Source: an uncultured delta proteobacterium
Lineage (GTDB): Bacteria; Myxococcota; Myxococcia; Myxococcales; Anaeromyxobacteraceae
Assembly: GCA_963766715.1 (NCBI GenBank)
Contig: CAVYBH010000008.1
Span: 512,001 to 576,000 of the forward strand
Direction: 5' to 3'
Length of the DNA stretch: 64,000 nucleotides
Position 1 is the stretch's first letter. Every line of letters starts with the position of its first letter. Of this stretch, positions 10,229 to 21,260 are shown piece by piece. Under the pieces are notes generated by a model. That model did no database searches. It was not told the DNA's origin and saw nothing but the letters and a program-made list of their open reading frames with translations. The position numbers and the translations under genes were made by a program.

Positions 10229-11216
10229 TCGCGCGGCTCCTGGAAGCCCCGCCGGGACAGCTCGGCGCGGATGAGGTCGCGGGCGCCCGGAGCGCCGACG
10301 GCGACGAGCAGGGGGAGCCCTCGCGCCCGCTCCGCCTCCTCGAAGGAGTGGACCGGCGCCCCCTGGATGGCGCGTCCGATCTTCCTCGCGTCGACCTCCA
10401 GGAACAGCGACGACCGCGACCCCGTGCACGCGGAGCGCGCGGGCGAAGGCGCGCCCGGTCTCTCCGGCGCCCCAGATCGCCACCTCGCGCCGGTCGGAGA
10501 GCGGCCCGGCCGAGAGCCACGCGGCCTTGAGCGCCACGTGCCGGGAGATCCCGTAGCGAGGCGTCGGTGCGGGTGAGCCGCCCGGCCGACTCGCGCCAGT
10601 CGAGGAGCACCTCGGGGACGTTGCCGAGCCGGTGGCCCGCCGCGGCGAGGCGCAGCCACAGGTCGTAGTCCTCCGGGAAGTCGCCCTCGCGCCAGCCGCC
10701 CACCTCCTCCAGCGCGGTGCGCCGGATCGCTGCGGCCGGGTGGACGAGCGGCGCCTCGACGAGGAGGTCGCGCAGGACGAGGTCGGGCGTGACGAGTCCG
10801 TTCAGCCACGCGGCGTAGCGGGCCATCCCTCCCGCCACCTCGCCGCGCGGGAAGAGGCGCACCCGGGAGCCCACCGCGGCGAGCGCCGGGTCGGCGGCGA
10901 GGGCGGCGAGCTGGATCTCGATCCGGCGCGGGTGGGCCACGTCGTCGGCGTCCATGCGGACCACCACCTCGGCGTCGCAGCGGGAGAGCCCCCGCTGCAG
11001 CGCCCCGGCGATCCCCTCCCCGGGGCCGTGGACCACGACGACGCGCCGATCCCGCCGGGCGAGCCCCTCCAGGATCTCCAGGGTCCCGTCGCGGGAGCCG
11101 TCGTCCACCGCCACCAGCGAGAGGTCGCGACAGGTCTGCCGCAGGATGGAGACCGCGGCGGCGCGGACGGTGCGCGCCGAGTCGCGCGCGGGCAGCAGGA
11201 CGGCGGCGCGCGGCAA
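10210..11216 (-). CDS. Family 2 glycosyltransferase with a C-terminal Rossmann-like domain; indels near 10555 and 10405
   Basis: VDDGSRD, RMDADD, PEDY; C-terminal IWGAGETGR, EVDARKIG, LVAVGAPGAR. Confidence 0.85.
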
Positions 11217-11224
11217 GACCGCGG

Positions 11225-11761
11225 CTATCCTTCGTAGTCGCCGCCGATGGGCGGCGGGGTCTCGTCGGCGGCCACGTCGTCCGGGCTCACCTCGACCGGG
11301 CCGGCGTCGGCGTCGTACTCGCCCAGCACCGGGTCGGCCGCCTGGGTGCAGAGCCAGACCGCGGCGTAGTAGTAGCCGGCCGGCCCCAGGCCCACGATCT
11401 GCCCTCGCGTGGCCGGGGCGATCAGGTCCTGGCGGCGCCATTCCTCGCGCGCGTGGACGTTCGAGATGTGGACCTCGATCACCGGGAAGGCGACCGACTT
11501 GAGGCAGTCGTGGAGGGCGTAGCTCGTGTGGGTGAAGGCGCCGGGGTTCACGATGAGACCGCGGGCGTCCTTGCGGTTCTCCTGGATGAAGTCGATGACG
11601 GCGCCCTCGTGGTTCGACTGGAAGGCCCGGACCTCGCGCCCGTAGGCGGCGCAGGCCTCGGTCACCATCCGCTCGACGTCGTGGAGCGTGGTCGACCCGT
11701 AGACGTCGGGCTCCCGCTCGCCGAGCAGGTTCAGGTTCGGTCCGTTCACGAGCAGGATCAT
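11225..11761 (-). CDS. aroQ: Type II 3-dehydroquinate dehydratase
   Basis: NGPNLNLLGERE, FQSNHEG, EVHISNVHARE. Confidence 0.95.
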   Translation of the reverse strand: MILLVNGPNLNLLGEREPDVYGSTTLHDVERMVTEACAAYGREVRAFQSNHEGAVIDFIQENRKDARGLIVNPGAFTHTSYALHDCLKSVAFPVIEVHISNVHAREEWRRQDLIAPATRGQIVGLGPAGYYYAAVWLCTQAADPVLGEYDADAGPVEVSPDDVAADETPPPIGGDYEG

Positions 11762-12834
11762 GCCGGTCTCCCGATCTCCCGTGCCGCCTCCCGGACGGCG
11801 GAGGGATCGGCGACGACGTCCCACTCTACCGCCCAGTCGCGATCGCGGCGAATCGGCAGCACCCAGAGCAGGCCGGCCGCCGAGCGCTTCTTGTCGTGGG
11901 CCATGAGCGCCACCGCCCGGCGCGCGGTGGCCGCGGGAACCGTGACGGGGAGCCCGGCACCGGCGATGGCCGCCTCCACCCGCTCGACCTCCTCGTCGCC
12001 GACGCGGCCGAGGCGCCGGGCCAGCCGGAAGGCGTAGGCCATCCCCACCGCCACCGCCTCCCCGTGCTTCCAGCGGCGGAACCCGCCGGCCGCCTCCACC
12101 CCGTGGCCGAAGGTGTGGCCGAGGTTGAGGAGCTTGCGCTCCCCGCGCTCCCGCGGATCGCGCTCCACCACCTCGAGCTTGACCCGCGCGCAGGCGGCGA
12201 GGAGCGGCTCGTCGACGCGGCCGGCCCGGGCCCGGGCCGCCATCCGCGGGAGGAGCTCCGGCCGCAGGAGCCCGTACTTGAGCACCTCCCCGAGGCCGCT
12301 CGCGAGCTCTCGCGGCGGAAGGGTGCGGAGCGAGGCCGGGTCGGAGAGCACCGCCACCGGCGGGTGGAAGGCGCCGACGGCGTTCTTGGCCATCGGCAGG
12401 TTCACCGCGGTCTTGCCCCCGAGCGCCGCGTCCACCATGGCGAGCACGGTGGTCGGGATCGCCAGCCAGTCCACGCCGCGCATGAAGACCGCGGCCAGGA
12501 AGCCGGCCGCGTCGGTCACCGCCCCGCCGCCCAGCGCCACCACCAGGCTTCGCCGGGTCAGGCCGGCGCGGAGCAGCGCCGAGGCCGCCCGCTCGAGGCC
12601 GGCCAGCGTCTTGCCGCGCTCGCCGTCGGGCAGCACCACGGTGGCGGCGACGGGCGCGACCCGGGCCAGCGCCGCGGCCATGCGCCTTCCGTGGGGGGTC
12701 GCGAGCACGCGGGCGCAGGTGACGAGCGCGACCCGGTCGTGCCCCGCCGCGAGCCCGGCAAGCCAGGGCGCGGCCGGGCCCACCACCACCGGGTAGGCGT
12801 GCCCCTGCTGCCTCGCCTCGAGCGTCGTGCTCAC
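11758..12834 (-). CDS. aroB: 3-dehydroquinate synthase
   Basis: ALGGG, PTTVLAMVDAALGGKT, LNLGHTFGH, HGEAV. Confidence 0.95.
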   Translation of the reverse strand: MSTTLEARQQGHAYPVVVGPAAPWLAGLAAGHDRVALVTCARVLATPHGRRMAAALARVAPVAATVVLPDGERGKTLAGLERAASALLRAGLTRRSLVVALGGGAVTDAAGFLAAVFMRGVDWLAIPTTVLAMVDAALGGKTAVNLPMAKNAVGAFHPPVAVLSDPASLRTLPPRELASGLGEVLKYGLLRPELLPRMAARARAGRVDEPLLAACARVKLEVVERDPRERGERKLLNLGHTFGHGVEAAGGFRRWKHGEAVAVGMAYAFRLARRLGRVGDEEVERVEAAIAGAGLPVTVPAATARRAVALMAHDKKRSAAGLLWVLPIRRDRDWAVEWDVVADPSAVREAAREIGRPA

Positions 12835-13336
12835 GCGGAACCCTCCCGGAGGAGCGCGGCGATGCGGCGGGCCACCGCGTCGGCCGAGAGGCCGTCGACG
12901 GGGACGGTGAGGTGGGCGCGCCGGTAGAGCGGGAGGCGCGACCCGGAGCAGCCGCTCCCACTGCGCGGCCAGCGGGCGTCCCTGCCCCTCGCCGAAGTCG
13001 CCTCGCCGCCGCCGCGGGCGACACGTCGAGGAAGATCACGCGCCCGACGCGGATCAGGTGCTCGGCGTTCCCCGGATCGCAGAAGGCGCCGCCGCCCAGC
13101 GCGACGACCACCGGCCCGGCGATCCCGCGGACCACCTCCCGCTCCAGCGCCCGGAAGGCCGGCTCGCCCCGCTCCTCGAAGAGGGCCGCCACCGTCCGCC
13201 CGGCCCGCCGCTCCACCTCGGCGTCGGTGTCCACCACGCGCCGCCCCAGCAGCCGCCCCAGCTCCCGGGCCACGGTCGACTTGCCCGAGCCCATCATCCC
13301 GGTGAGCGCGAGGGTCTCAGCGGATCCGAGCGGCAT
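12831..13336 (-). CDS. aroK: Shikimate kinase; indel(s) near 12940-12995
   Basis: [10 protein letters not shown]-loop, DTDAEVE, FRALE, ALGGG. Confidence 0.9.
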
Positions 13337-14463
13337 AGGCCTCCACCGCCTTCTCGACGTCGACCACGGCGTCGCCCCCGAACTTCTCCAGGAAGACGGT
13401 GGCGAGCTCCCAGCAGACCACCGCCTCGCCGACCACCGACGCGGCCGGGAACCGCGCAGACGTCGCTGCGCTCGTAGCGGGCCTGGGCCGGCTCCCGGGT
13501 GTCGATGTCCACGGTCCCGAGCGGCGTGGTCATGGTGGGAATGGGCTTCATGAAGGCCCGCACGCAGAGGGGCTCGCCGTTCGTCATGCCTCCCTCGATG
13601 CCGCCGGCCCGGTTGGTCTGCCGGTGGAAGCCGCGGGCCGGCGAGTGGGAGATGGCGTCGTGGAAGCGGTCGCCGGGGAGGTCGACCCGCATGCCCTCCC
13701 CCAGCTCCACGGCCCGGATGGCGGGGATGGCGCAGAGCGCGCCGGCCAGCCGCCCGTCGAGGCGCCGGTCGGCGTGGGCGTAGGTCCCGAGGCCGGGCGG
13801 GAGCCCCTCGGCCCAGATCTCGAAGGCGCCGCCGATCGATCCGCCGCGCGCCCGCTCCCGGTCGACGATGGCGCGCCATTCGGCGGCCAGCGCCGGGTCG
13901 GCGGTGCGGACGTCGGAGGCCTCGATGGCGGCCCGCTCCGCGGCCGTCGGGGGAAGCTCCCCGCGAGCCGACCGCTCGCCGATGGCGGTCACCCGGGAGT
14001 GGACCTCGATCCCGAAGCGGCCGAGCAGCTGCCGGGCCAGCGCGCCGAGCGCCACGGTGGCCGCCGTGGAGCGGGCGCTCGCCCGCTCCAGCGCGTCGCG
14101 GGCGTCGTCGAAACCGTACTTGAGGAGGCCGGGGAGGTCGGCGTGGCCGGGCCGCGGGCGGGTGAAGCGCGGGCCGCCCCGCGCCGCAGGCGACATGAGG
14201 TCCTTCCAGTTCTCGTGGTCCTTGTTCCAGATGACGAGCGCGATGGGGGTGCCGAGCGTCGTCCCGCCCCGGATCCCGGAGAGGAACTGGGCGCGGTCGG
14301 TCTCGATCTGCATGCGCCCGCCGCGGCCGTAGCCCTTCTGGCGCCGGGCCAGCTCGGCGTCCACGCGGGCCAGGTCGAGCGCCAGCCCGGCGGGGAAGCC
14401 CTCGGCGATGGCCGTCAGCGCCGGGCCGTGGCTTTCACCCGCAGTGAGATAGCGAAGTCCCAT
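13317..14463 (-). CDS. aroC: Chorismate synthase; indel near 13448
   Basis: [40 protein letters not shown]. Confidence 0.95.
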
Positions 14464-14468
14464 GCCCG

Positions 14469-15305
14469 TCACCTCCCGTGCCGCTCGATGGCCCTGGCCA
14501 TCACGTCCTCGGGAGCGGATCGCCCGAGCCAGATCCGGAAGGCGAGCGCGCCCTGGCGCACCAGCACCTGCTCGCCGGTCACCAGCCGGGCGCCGTTGCC
14601 CCGGGCGGCGCGGGCGAAGAAGGTGTCGCCGTAGACGAAGTCGAGGGCCACCTGGCCGGTGCGCCAGGCCAGCGCCGGCAGCTCGCCCTGGTGGTTCGAG
14701 AGCCCCACCGTCGTGGCGTTGACGATCACGTCCGCCTGGATGGCCTCGCGCGCCACCTGCTCCCACTCGACGGGACGCACGGTTCCCTCCGGGCACTCGA
14801 GCGCCCGGACCATGTCCCGGGCCAGCCCCTCGGCGACCTCCGGCCGGCGCGCCGCCAGCCGGACGTTCGCGCCCATGGCCACGAGCGCCCAGAGGACCGC
14901 CCGGGAGGCGCCGCCGGCGCCCAGGACCAGCGCACGGGAGCCGGGGCCGATCCCGGCGTCGGTGAGGAGCCCCCGCACGGCCGGGGCGTCGGTGTTGAAG
15001 CCCGCCCAGCCGTGGGCGTGGCGCGCCAGCACGTTCACCGCGCCGACCTGCGCGGCCACGTCGTCGAGGGCGGCGCAGAAGGGGACCACCGCCTCCTTGT
15101 GGGGCACGGTCACGTTCATCCCGCCGAAGCCGAGGGCGCGGGCCCCTCGCACCGCCGCCTCGAGCTCGTCGGGGGCCACCGGGAGCGCCACGAAGGCGCC
15201 GTCGAAGCCGATGGAGGCGAAGGCGGCGTTCTGCATGGCCGGCGAGAGGCTGTGATCGACCGGCGATCCGATGACGGCGAAGAGGGTGGTGCGCCCCGAG
15301 ATCAT
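14469..15305 (-). CDS. aroE: Shikimate dehydrogenase
   Basis: HSLSP, NVTVPHK, GAVN, NTD, LGAGGA, NATTVG. Confidence 0.93.
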   Translation of the reverse strand: MISGRTTLFAVIGSPVDHSLSPAMQNAAFASIGFDGAFVALPVAPDELEAAVRGARALGFGGMNVTVPHKEAVVPFCAALDDVAAQVGAVNVLARHAHGWAGFNTDAPAVRGLLTDAGIGPGSRALVLGAGGASRAVLWALVAMGANVRLAARRPEVAEGLARDMVRALECPEGTVRPVEWEQVAREAIQADVIVNATTVGLSNHQGELPALAWRTGQVALDFVYGDTFFARAARGNGARLVTGEQVLVRQGALAFRIWLGRSAPEDVMARAIERHGR

Positions 15306-16591
15306 GCGCCCTCCGAGAGGCGATCGAGGATGTGGAAGAAGCCGGGGAAGCTGGTGGCCACGCACTCGACGTCGTCGAGCTCCACCTCGTCGCCCCCGGT
15401 GAGCAGCTGGGCCACGGCCATGCTCATGGCCACCCGGTGGTCCATGCGGGTCCGGACCGGGACGCCCCGCAGCGGCGTCGGCCCCTCGATGGCGCACCCG
15501 TCCTCGAAGAGCTCGATGCGGGCGCCGGCGGCCGACAGGGTCTCGCCCATGGCCGCCAGCCGGTCGGACTCCTTCACCCGCAGCTCCCGGGCGTCGCGGA
15601 TCAGGGTTCGCCCGTGGGCCTGGGTCGCCATCACCATGATGACCGGGAGCTCGTCGATGAGCCGGGGGACGAGCGCCCCCTCGATGGTGGTGCTCCGGAG
15701 CGGTCCGCCCCGGACGGTCACGTCGGCGCGCGGCTCTCCGGCGCTCTCGTGCTCGCCGGCCACGATCACCTCGGCGCCCATGGCCCGCAGCACGTCGAGG
15801 AGGCCGGTGCGCGTGGGGTTCGTCCCCAGGCCGCGCGCCGTGACCTCGGAGCCGGGAAGGGCCGCCGCGCCGCACAGGAAGAAGGCCGCCGACGAGATGT
15901 CGCCCGGCACGTCGACCTCGCCGCCGTGCAGCCTCGACGGGCGGATGGAGACCCGCAGGCCGTCGACTCGGAGGTCGGCCCCCATGCGCCGGAGCATCCG
16001 CTCGGTGTGGTCGCGGGAGTGCGCAGGCTCCTCGACCACCGTCTCCCCCTCGGCGGAGAGGCCGGCGAGGAGGATGGCCGACTTCACCTGGGCGCTCGCC
16101 ACCGGGAGCACGTGGTGGAGGCCGCGGAGCGGGCCTCCCCGGATCACCAGCGGCGGCAACCGGTCGCCGTCGCGGGCCTGGAGCACGCCGCCCATCCGGC
16201 GCAGCGGATCGATCACCCGGCGCACCGGCCGGCGGCGCAGCGAGGCGTCGCCGGTCAGGACCGAGAGGCCGGGCACGCCGGCCAGCACGCCCGCCAGGAG
16301 CCGGAGGCTGGTGCCGGAGTTCCCGCAGTCGATGACGTCGTCCGGCTCGGCGAGGCGGGCCGGCGGCGTCACCACCACCTCGGCGCCCTCCTCGCGGACC
16401 CGGGCCCCGAGCCGCTCCACCGCCTTCCACGTGGAGTGGACGTCCTCGGCGCGCAGGAGGCCGCGCACGCGGGTCTCCCCCTCGGCCAGGGCGGCGAAGA
16501 GCAGCGACCGGTGCGAGACCGACTTGTCTCCGGGGACCTCGAAGGCCCCGCGCAGCGGGCCGCGGCGGCGGCAGGTGATGGGACCCTTCAA
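15302..16591 (-). CDS. aroA: EPSP synthase
   Basis: [42 protein letters not shown]. Confidence 0.95.
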   Translation of the reverse strand: MKGPITCRRRGPLRGAFEVPGDKSVSHRSLLFAALAEGETRVRGLLRAEDVHSTWKAVERLGARVREEGAEVVVTPPARLAEPDDVIDCGNSGTSLRLLAGVLAGVPGLSVLTGDASLRRRPVRRVIDPLRRMGGVLQARDGDRLPPLVIRGGPLRGLHHVLPVASAQVKSAILLAGLSAEGETVVEEPAHSRDHTERMLRRMGADLRVDGLRVSIRPSRLHGGEVDVPGDISSAAFFLCGAAALPGSEVTARGLGTNPTRTGLLDVLRAMGAEVIVAGEHESAGEPRADVTVRGGPLRSTTIEGALVPRLIDELPVIMVMATQAHGRTLIRDARELRVKESDRLAAMGETLSAAGARIELFEDGCAIEGPTPLRGVPVRTRMDHRVAMSMAVAQLLTGGDEVELDDVECVATSFPGFFHILDRLSEGA

Positions 16592-17439
16592 AAGAGCGTC
16601 TCCCGGGCCGCGCGGGCCTCCTCGAGGACCTGCCGGGCCGCGTCGGGCGACTCGGCGATGGCCGACAGGATGCGGGAGAGGTGGGAGGCGAGCCGCTGGG
16701 CCGCGTCCGGGACGTGGGCGTTGCGCCGCGCCACCTCCCCCTGGATGTCGAAGGCGAAGCCCGCCAGCCGGGTCATGTCGTTCATGCCCGGGCCGGCGAG
16801 CGCACGCGCGAGCGGTCCCGCCTCCCGGGCGGCCAGGGAGAGCGCGCTCGCCACCAGGTAGGGGAGGTGCGAGACGAGCGCCACCGCGGCGTCGTGCTCG
16901 GCCGCGGTGCAGCGGACCGTCCGCGCGCCCAGGGCCTCGTGCAGGGCGATCACGAGCGCCACGGCGCCGTCGGGCGCCCCGTCGGCGCACACCGCCACCG
17001 TGCCGCCCTTCCAGCGATCGGGCTTCGCTCCCTCGTAGCCGCCCCGCCCGCCGAACATGGGGTGCGCCCCCACGAACGGGACGCGCGGGTCGCCGTCCTG
17101 GCGCGCCACCTCGACCACCCGCTCCTTGGCGCCCCCCACGTCGGTGAGCACGGCGCCCGCCGCCATCCCGCGCGACACCGGCCCCACCAGCGCCTCGATG
17201 GCGGCCACCGGCGTGCAGAGCAGCACCAGATCCCGGTCGGCGAGCCAGGCGCCGGGGGCGGCGTGGATCTCGTCGACGACGCCGTCCGCCACCGCCCGGG
17301 CGCGGACGTCCTCCCGCGACTCGGCCGCCGCCAGGTGGATCGAGGGGTCGAGCGCGCGCAGCCCCCGGGCGAGCGACGCGCCCATGAGGCCGAGCCCGAC
17401 GATGCCCACCCGGCGGGGCAGCCTTCCGGCCTCGCTCAC
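16588..17439 (-). CDS. tyrA: Prephenate/arogenate dehydrogenase
   Basis: [20 protein letters not shown]....LVSHLP. Confidence 0.88.
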   Translation of the reverse strand: MSEAGRLPRRVGIVGLGLMGASLARGLRALDPSIHLAAAESREDVRARAVADGVVDEIHAAPGAWLADRDLVLLCTPVAAIEALVGPVSRGMAAGAVLTDVGGAKERVVEVARQDGDPRVPFVGAHPMFGGRGGYEGAKPDRWKGGTVAVCADGAPDGAVALVIALHEALGARTVRCTAAEHDAAVALVSHLPYLVASALSLAAREAGPLARALAGPGMNDMTRLAGFAFDIQGEVARRNAHVPDAAQRLASHLSRILSAIAESPDAARQVLEEARAARETLF

Positions 17440-17442
17440 GGC

Positions 17443-17826
17443 TCACTTCCCGCCGGGCTTCGGCGGCTCCTCGGGGTCGGCGAGGTCGGGGCGGAGCGCC
17501 CGGGCCCCGCGCAGGTAGACGTGGCGGACGGGCCGGTCGATGGACTCGACGTGGAGGAGGACCCGGATCACCCGCTGGAGGGAGCCCGGCACCGGGATCT
17601 CCTGGGAGCAGATCATCGGGACCATGTGCCAGCCGTTGCGGACCCGGGCGGTGCGGGCCGGGAAGTCGGCGTCGAGGTCGTGGGTCACCGTGAAGATGGC
17701 CCAGCCGATCTCCTCGGGGCGGATCCGGTTGCGGTCGACGAGCGCCTGGCAGAGCTCCGCCACGGCCTCTTCCATGGCCTCGACGGTGTTCGCCTCGATC
17801 TGGGTCGCGCCCCGGATGCCGCGCAT
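17443..17826 (-). CDS. aroH: AroH-class chorismate mutase
   Basis: [26 protein letters not shown]. Confidence 0.92.
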   Translation of the reverse strand: MRGIRGATQIEANTVEAMEEAVAELCQALVDRNRIRPEEIGWAIFTVTHDLDADFPARTARVRNGWHMVPMICSQEIPVPGSLQRVIRVLLHVESIDRPVRHVYLRGARALRPDLADPEEPPKPGGK

Positions 17827-17838
17827 CGACCGGTGAGC

Positions 17839-19107
17839 TTACTTCCAGACGCGCCGGTCGTCGATCCGCTTCGCTCCCTGGGGGATGGTGTCGGCCGGGA
17901 CGGCCCGGACGTCGCCCTTCACCTTGATCTCGTCGCGCAGGGCGTCGGCGAGGCGCGTGGCGAGCGATCCGGAGGCGTCGGGCCCGGAGAGCTCGACCTG
18001 GTACTCCAGCCGGTCGAGGTGGCTCTCCCGGGTGACGACCGCCTGCCAGCGGACCACCTCGGGGAAGCGCTTCACCACGCCGTCGATCTGGCCGGCGCGG
18101 ATGAACATGCCCTTCACCTTCACCCCGTCCCCGATGCGCCCGAGCAGGCCGAGCAGCTTGGGGGTGGTCCGGCCGCAGGCGCAGCGCTCCTCGGGCCCGA
18201 GGGAGGAGAGGTCGCCGGTGCCGAACCGCAGCAGCGGGTAGGAGACGTCGAAGAGCGTCCCCACCACCTCGCCGGGCTGTCCCGGGCCGGCCGGCTGCCC
18301 GGTCTCGAGGTCGAGCACCTCCACGATGGCCTCGGGGTGGACGTGCCAGCCGCCCTTCTCCGGGCACTCGTAGGCGAGGCAGCCGAGGTCGGCGGTCCCG
18401 TACCCCTGCAGCACCCGAACCCCGAAGCCCTCCTGGATCTCCTGGCGCAGCGACTCGGGGAGCATCTCGGCGATGACGAAGGCCGACTCGAAGGAGAGCG
18501 GGGTCCCCTGCTCCCTCGCCTTCACGAGCAGCGCGTGCAGGAAGCTGGGCAGGCCGAGGTAGGCGGTGGCCTTCACGTGCGCCGCCACCCGGGCCTGCAG
18601 CTCGGTCTGGCCCACGCCGGCCGGGATGACCGCGCACCCCAGCGCCCGGGCGCCGGCGTCGAGCATGAAGCCGAGCGGGGTGAGGTGGTAGGAGGCCGAG
18701 TTGTGGGCCACGTCGCCGGCCCGGAAGCCGGCCGCGGCCAGCGCGTGGCGGAAGCGCCAGAAGTCCTCGTGCGCGCCCTGCGGGTCGTAGATGGGGCCGG
18801 GCGACATGAAGATGCGCGCCAGCTGCCCGGGGTCGACCGCGATGAGCCCGGCGAAGGGCGGCTCCTCGGCCTGGGCCGCCGGGAGCGAGTCCTTGCGGGT
18901 GACCGGGATGCGGACGAGGTCCTCCAGCCCGCGCATCGAGGTGGGGCCGAGCCCGGCGCCCTCCAGGGTGCGGCGCGCGCGAGGCGCGCGGGCGAAGGCG
19001 TGGGCCACGGTGCGCCGCAGGCGCTCTCCCTGGTGGACGCGCCGGACCTCCGGCGACTGGCACTCGACCGCCGGGTCGAGCACGCGGGACTGGCGAAGCG
19101 TCGGCAT
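17839..19107 (-). CDS. Phenylacetate-CoA ligase-like (PaaK family) AMP-binding protein
   Basis: [34 protein letters not shown]. Confidence 0.8.
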   Translation of the reverse strand: MPTLRQSRVLDPAVECQSPEVRRVHQGERLRRTVAHAFARAPRARRTLEGAGLGPTSMRGLEDLVRIPVTRKDSLPAAQAEEPPFAGLIAVDPGQLARIFMSPGPIYDPQGAHEDFWRFRHALAAAGFRAGDVAHNSASYHLTPLGFMLDAGARALGCAVIPAGVGQTELQARVAAHVKATAYLGLPSFLHALLVKAREQGTPLSFESAFVIAEMLPESLRQEIQEGFGVRVLQGYGTADLGCLAYECPEKGGWHVHPEAIVEVLDLETGQPAGPGQPGEVVGTLFDVSYPLLRFGTGDLSSLGPEERCACGRTTPKLLGLLGRIGDGVKVKGMFIRAGQIDGVVKRFPEVVRWQAVVTRESHLDRLEYQVELSGPDASGSLATRLADALRDEIKVKGDVRAVPADTIPQGAKRIDDRRVWK

Positions 19108-19142
19108 CCGTTTCCTCCCGCGCGGGAGACCCGCGTCGTGGA

Positions 19143-19938
19143 TCAGCTGAGCCAGCGCTTGCGGCGCTTGTAGAACTTGAGGTTCTTGTAGCTCTTCTTG
19201 CCGGCCTCGCCGCCGCCCCCGAGGTAGAACTCCTTCACGTCCTCGTTGGAGCGCAGCTTGTCCGGCTCGCCGTCGAGCACCACCCGGCCGTTCTCCATGA
19301 TGTAGCCGTAGTCGGCGATGGAGAGCGCCAGGTTGGCGTTCTGCTCGACCAGCAGGATGGTGGTCTTCCGCTCCTCGTTGATGCGCTTCACGATGCGGAA
19401 GATCTCGGCGACCAGCAGCGGGGCGAGCCCCAGCGACGGCTCGTCGAGCATCATGAGCTTGGGGCGGGCCATGAGCGCGCGGCTGATGGCCAGCATCTGC
19501 TGCTCCCCTCCGGAGAGGTAGCCGGCCAGCTTCTTCCGGCGCTCCCTCAGGCGGGGAAAGAACTCGTAGCAGGCCTCCTTGTCGGCCCGCAGCCCGGCCC
19601 GGTCGTTCCGGGTGTACCCGCCCATGTCGATGTTCTCCTCGACCGAGAGGTCCTCGAAGACGCGCCGGCCCTCCATGACCTGGAAGATGCCGCGCCGGAC
19701 CACCACCTCGGGCGGCAGCTCGTGCATGGGCTGCCCCTCGAAGAAGATGCCGCCGTCGGTGACCTCGCCCTCCTCGCTGCGGAGCAGCCCGGAGATGGCC
19801 TTCAGCGTGGTGCTCTTCCCGGCGCCGTTCGAGCCGAGGAGCGCGACGATCTGCCCCTCCGTGCACGGACAGCGAGAGCCCCTTCAGGACCAGGATCACG
19901 TCGTCGTAGATGACCTCGACGTTCTTCAGCTCGAGCAT
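19143..19938 (-). CDS. LivF-type ABC ATP-binding protein; indel near 19862
   Basis: Walker [10 protein letters not shown] in the shifted frame; [16 protein letters not shown]. Confidence 0.88.
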
Positions 19939-19962
19939 CCGCGGGCTCCGGGGGAGGAAGAC

Positions 19963-19992
19963 GGCGGGCGGGACCCGGGGGCCCCGCCCGCC
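19963..19992 (-). terminator. GC-rich stem-loop after the substrate-binding protein gene (terminator or mRNA-stabilising hairpin)
   Basis: GGCGGGCGGG...CCCGCCCGCC 10-bp inverted repeat; no U-tract. Confidence 0.45.
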
Positions 19993-20007
19993 TCGTTCAC
20001 GATGGGT

Positions 20008-21207
20008 CTACAGGCCGAACCACTGCGGCGTGCGCGGCATGATGTAGTCGCCGACCTTCACCAGCTTGCCGCCCTGGACCTGGTAGATGCTGGTGGTCAT
20101 GGTGGGGCGGTGGTCGGTGGGGGTGTAGGTCACCGACTGCGAGAGGCCGCCGGTCGAGAAGTCGGCCAGCGTCTCGACCGCCGCCTTCACGCCCGCGCCG
20201 GTCAGGTTCTTCGCGGCGTCGGCGCGCTTGAGCCCCTCGGTCCAGACCAGGCAGGTGGCCCAGCCGCGGACGTACATGGCGTCGTGCTTGTCGCCGGGGT
20301 GGTACTTCTGGTGCGCCGCCTCGAGCGTCTTCATGCCCGGCACCGGGGTGCCGAACGGGACGTGCGGCATGACGCCGGTGACGCCCTCGGCCAGCGGGCC
20401 GGCCACGGCCACCAGCGACTCGGAGAAGCCGTAGGGGTTCGAGCCGAACTTCACGGTCATGCCCAGCTTCTTCGCGTCGCGGAGCACGAGCGAGACGCCG
20501 GTCGTGGTGACGTTGATGTAGGCGTACTCCACCCCCTTCTGCTTCATGGTGAGCAGCTGGCTGGTGGCGTCCTGGAAGTTGGGGGGCAGCACGGCCTCGT
20601 CGACCACGTCGACGCCGATCTCCGCGCCGTACTTCTTGCCGGCGGCGATGGGGGCCTTGCCGTAGGCGTTGTCGCCGAACATGAAGCCGACCTTGGGCTT
20701 CCCCTTGCCTCCCGACTTCGCGTAGTCCTGCTTCACCCAGTCCATCCAGGAGCGCAGCTGGTCCGAGTAGGTGGGGGCCACGAAGAAGTTGTAGGGGAAC
20801 TTGGCCGGGTCGGAGAGCGGGGCGGCGAAGGATCCCGAGAAGTAGGGGATCTTGTCCTGGCCCACGAAGTCCTTCAGGGCCTCCGTGTCGCCGGTGCCCC
20901 AGCCCTGGATCATGACGACCTTGTCGTCGTTCACCAGCTTCTTGTAGAGGGCGCGGGCCTGGTCGATCTTGTAGGCGTAGTCGGCGCCGATGAGCTTGAT
21001 CTTCTTGCCGCCGATGCCGCCGGCGTCGTTGGTCACCGCCACGCAGTCCTGCACGCCCTGGGCGAAGGGCTTGCCGACGTCGGAGGTGACGCCGGTGAGG
21101 TCGAAGATGCCGCCGACCTTGATCTCCTGCTGGGCGAGGGCCCAGGACGGTGCGGCGGCCGCGAAGGCGGCGACGAGGATGGTTCCGAGGATCTTCCGTG
21201 GGGTCAT
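20008..21207 (-). CDS. Liv-type ABC substrate-binding protein
   Basis: Signal peptide; DLTGVTSDVG, GGIGGKKI, GWGT. Confidence 0.88.
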   Translation of the reverse strand: MTPRKILGTILVAAFAAAAPSWALAQQEIKVGGIFDLTGVTSDVGKPFAQGVQDCVAVTNDAGGIGGKKIKLIGADYAYKIDQARALYKKLVNDDKVVMIQGWGTGDTEALKDFVGQDKIPYFSGSFAAPLSDPAKFPYNFFVAPTYSDQLRSWMDWVKQDYAKSGGKGKPKVGFMFGDNAYGKAPIAAGKKYGAEIGVDVVDEAVLPPNFQDATSQLLTMKQKGVEYAYINVTTTGVSLVLRDAKKLGMTVKFGSNPYGFSESLVAVAGPLAEGVTGVMPHVPFGTPVPGMKTLEAAHQKYHPGDKHDAMYVRGWATCLVWTEGLKRADAAKNLTGAGVKAAVETLADFSTGGLSQSVTYTPTDHRPTMTTSIYQVQGGKLVKVGDYIMPRTPQWFGL

Positions 21208-21260
21208 GCGTTTCTCCTATTTCACTAACGGTCAACTGCGCGGGGCTGGCTGCCGTGCTT

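Noticed and set aside
17839..19938. Apparent LivF-PaaK fusion (699 aa)
   Set aside because: Indel near 19862; the real LivF ends at 19143.
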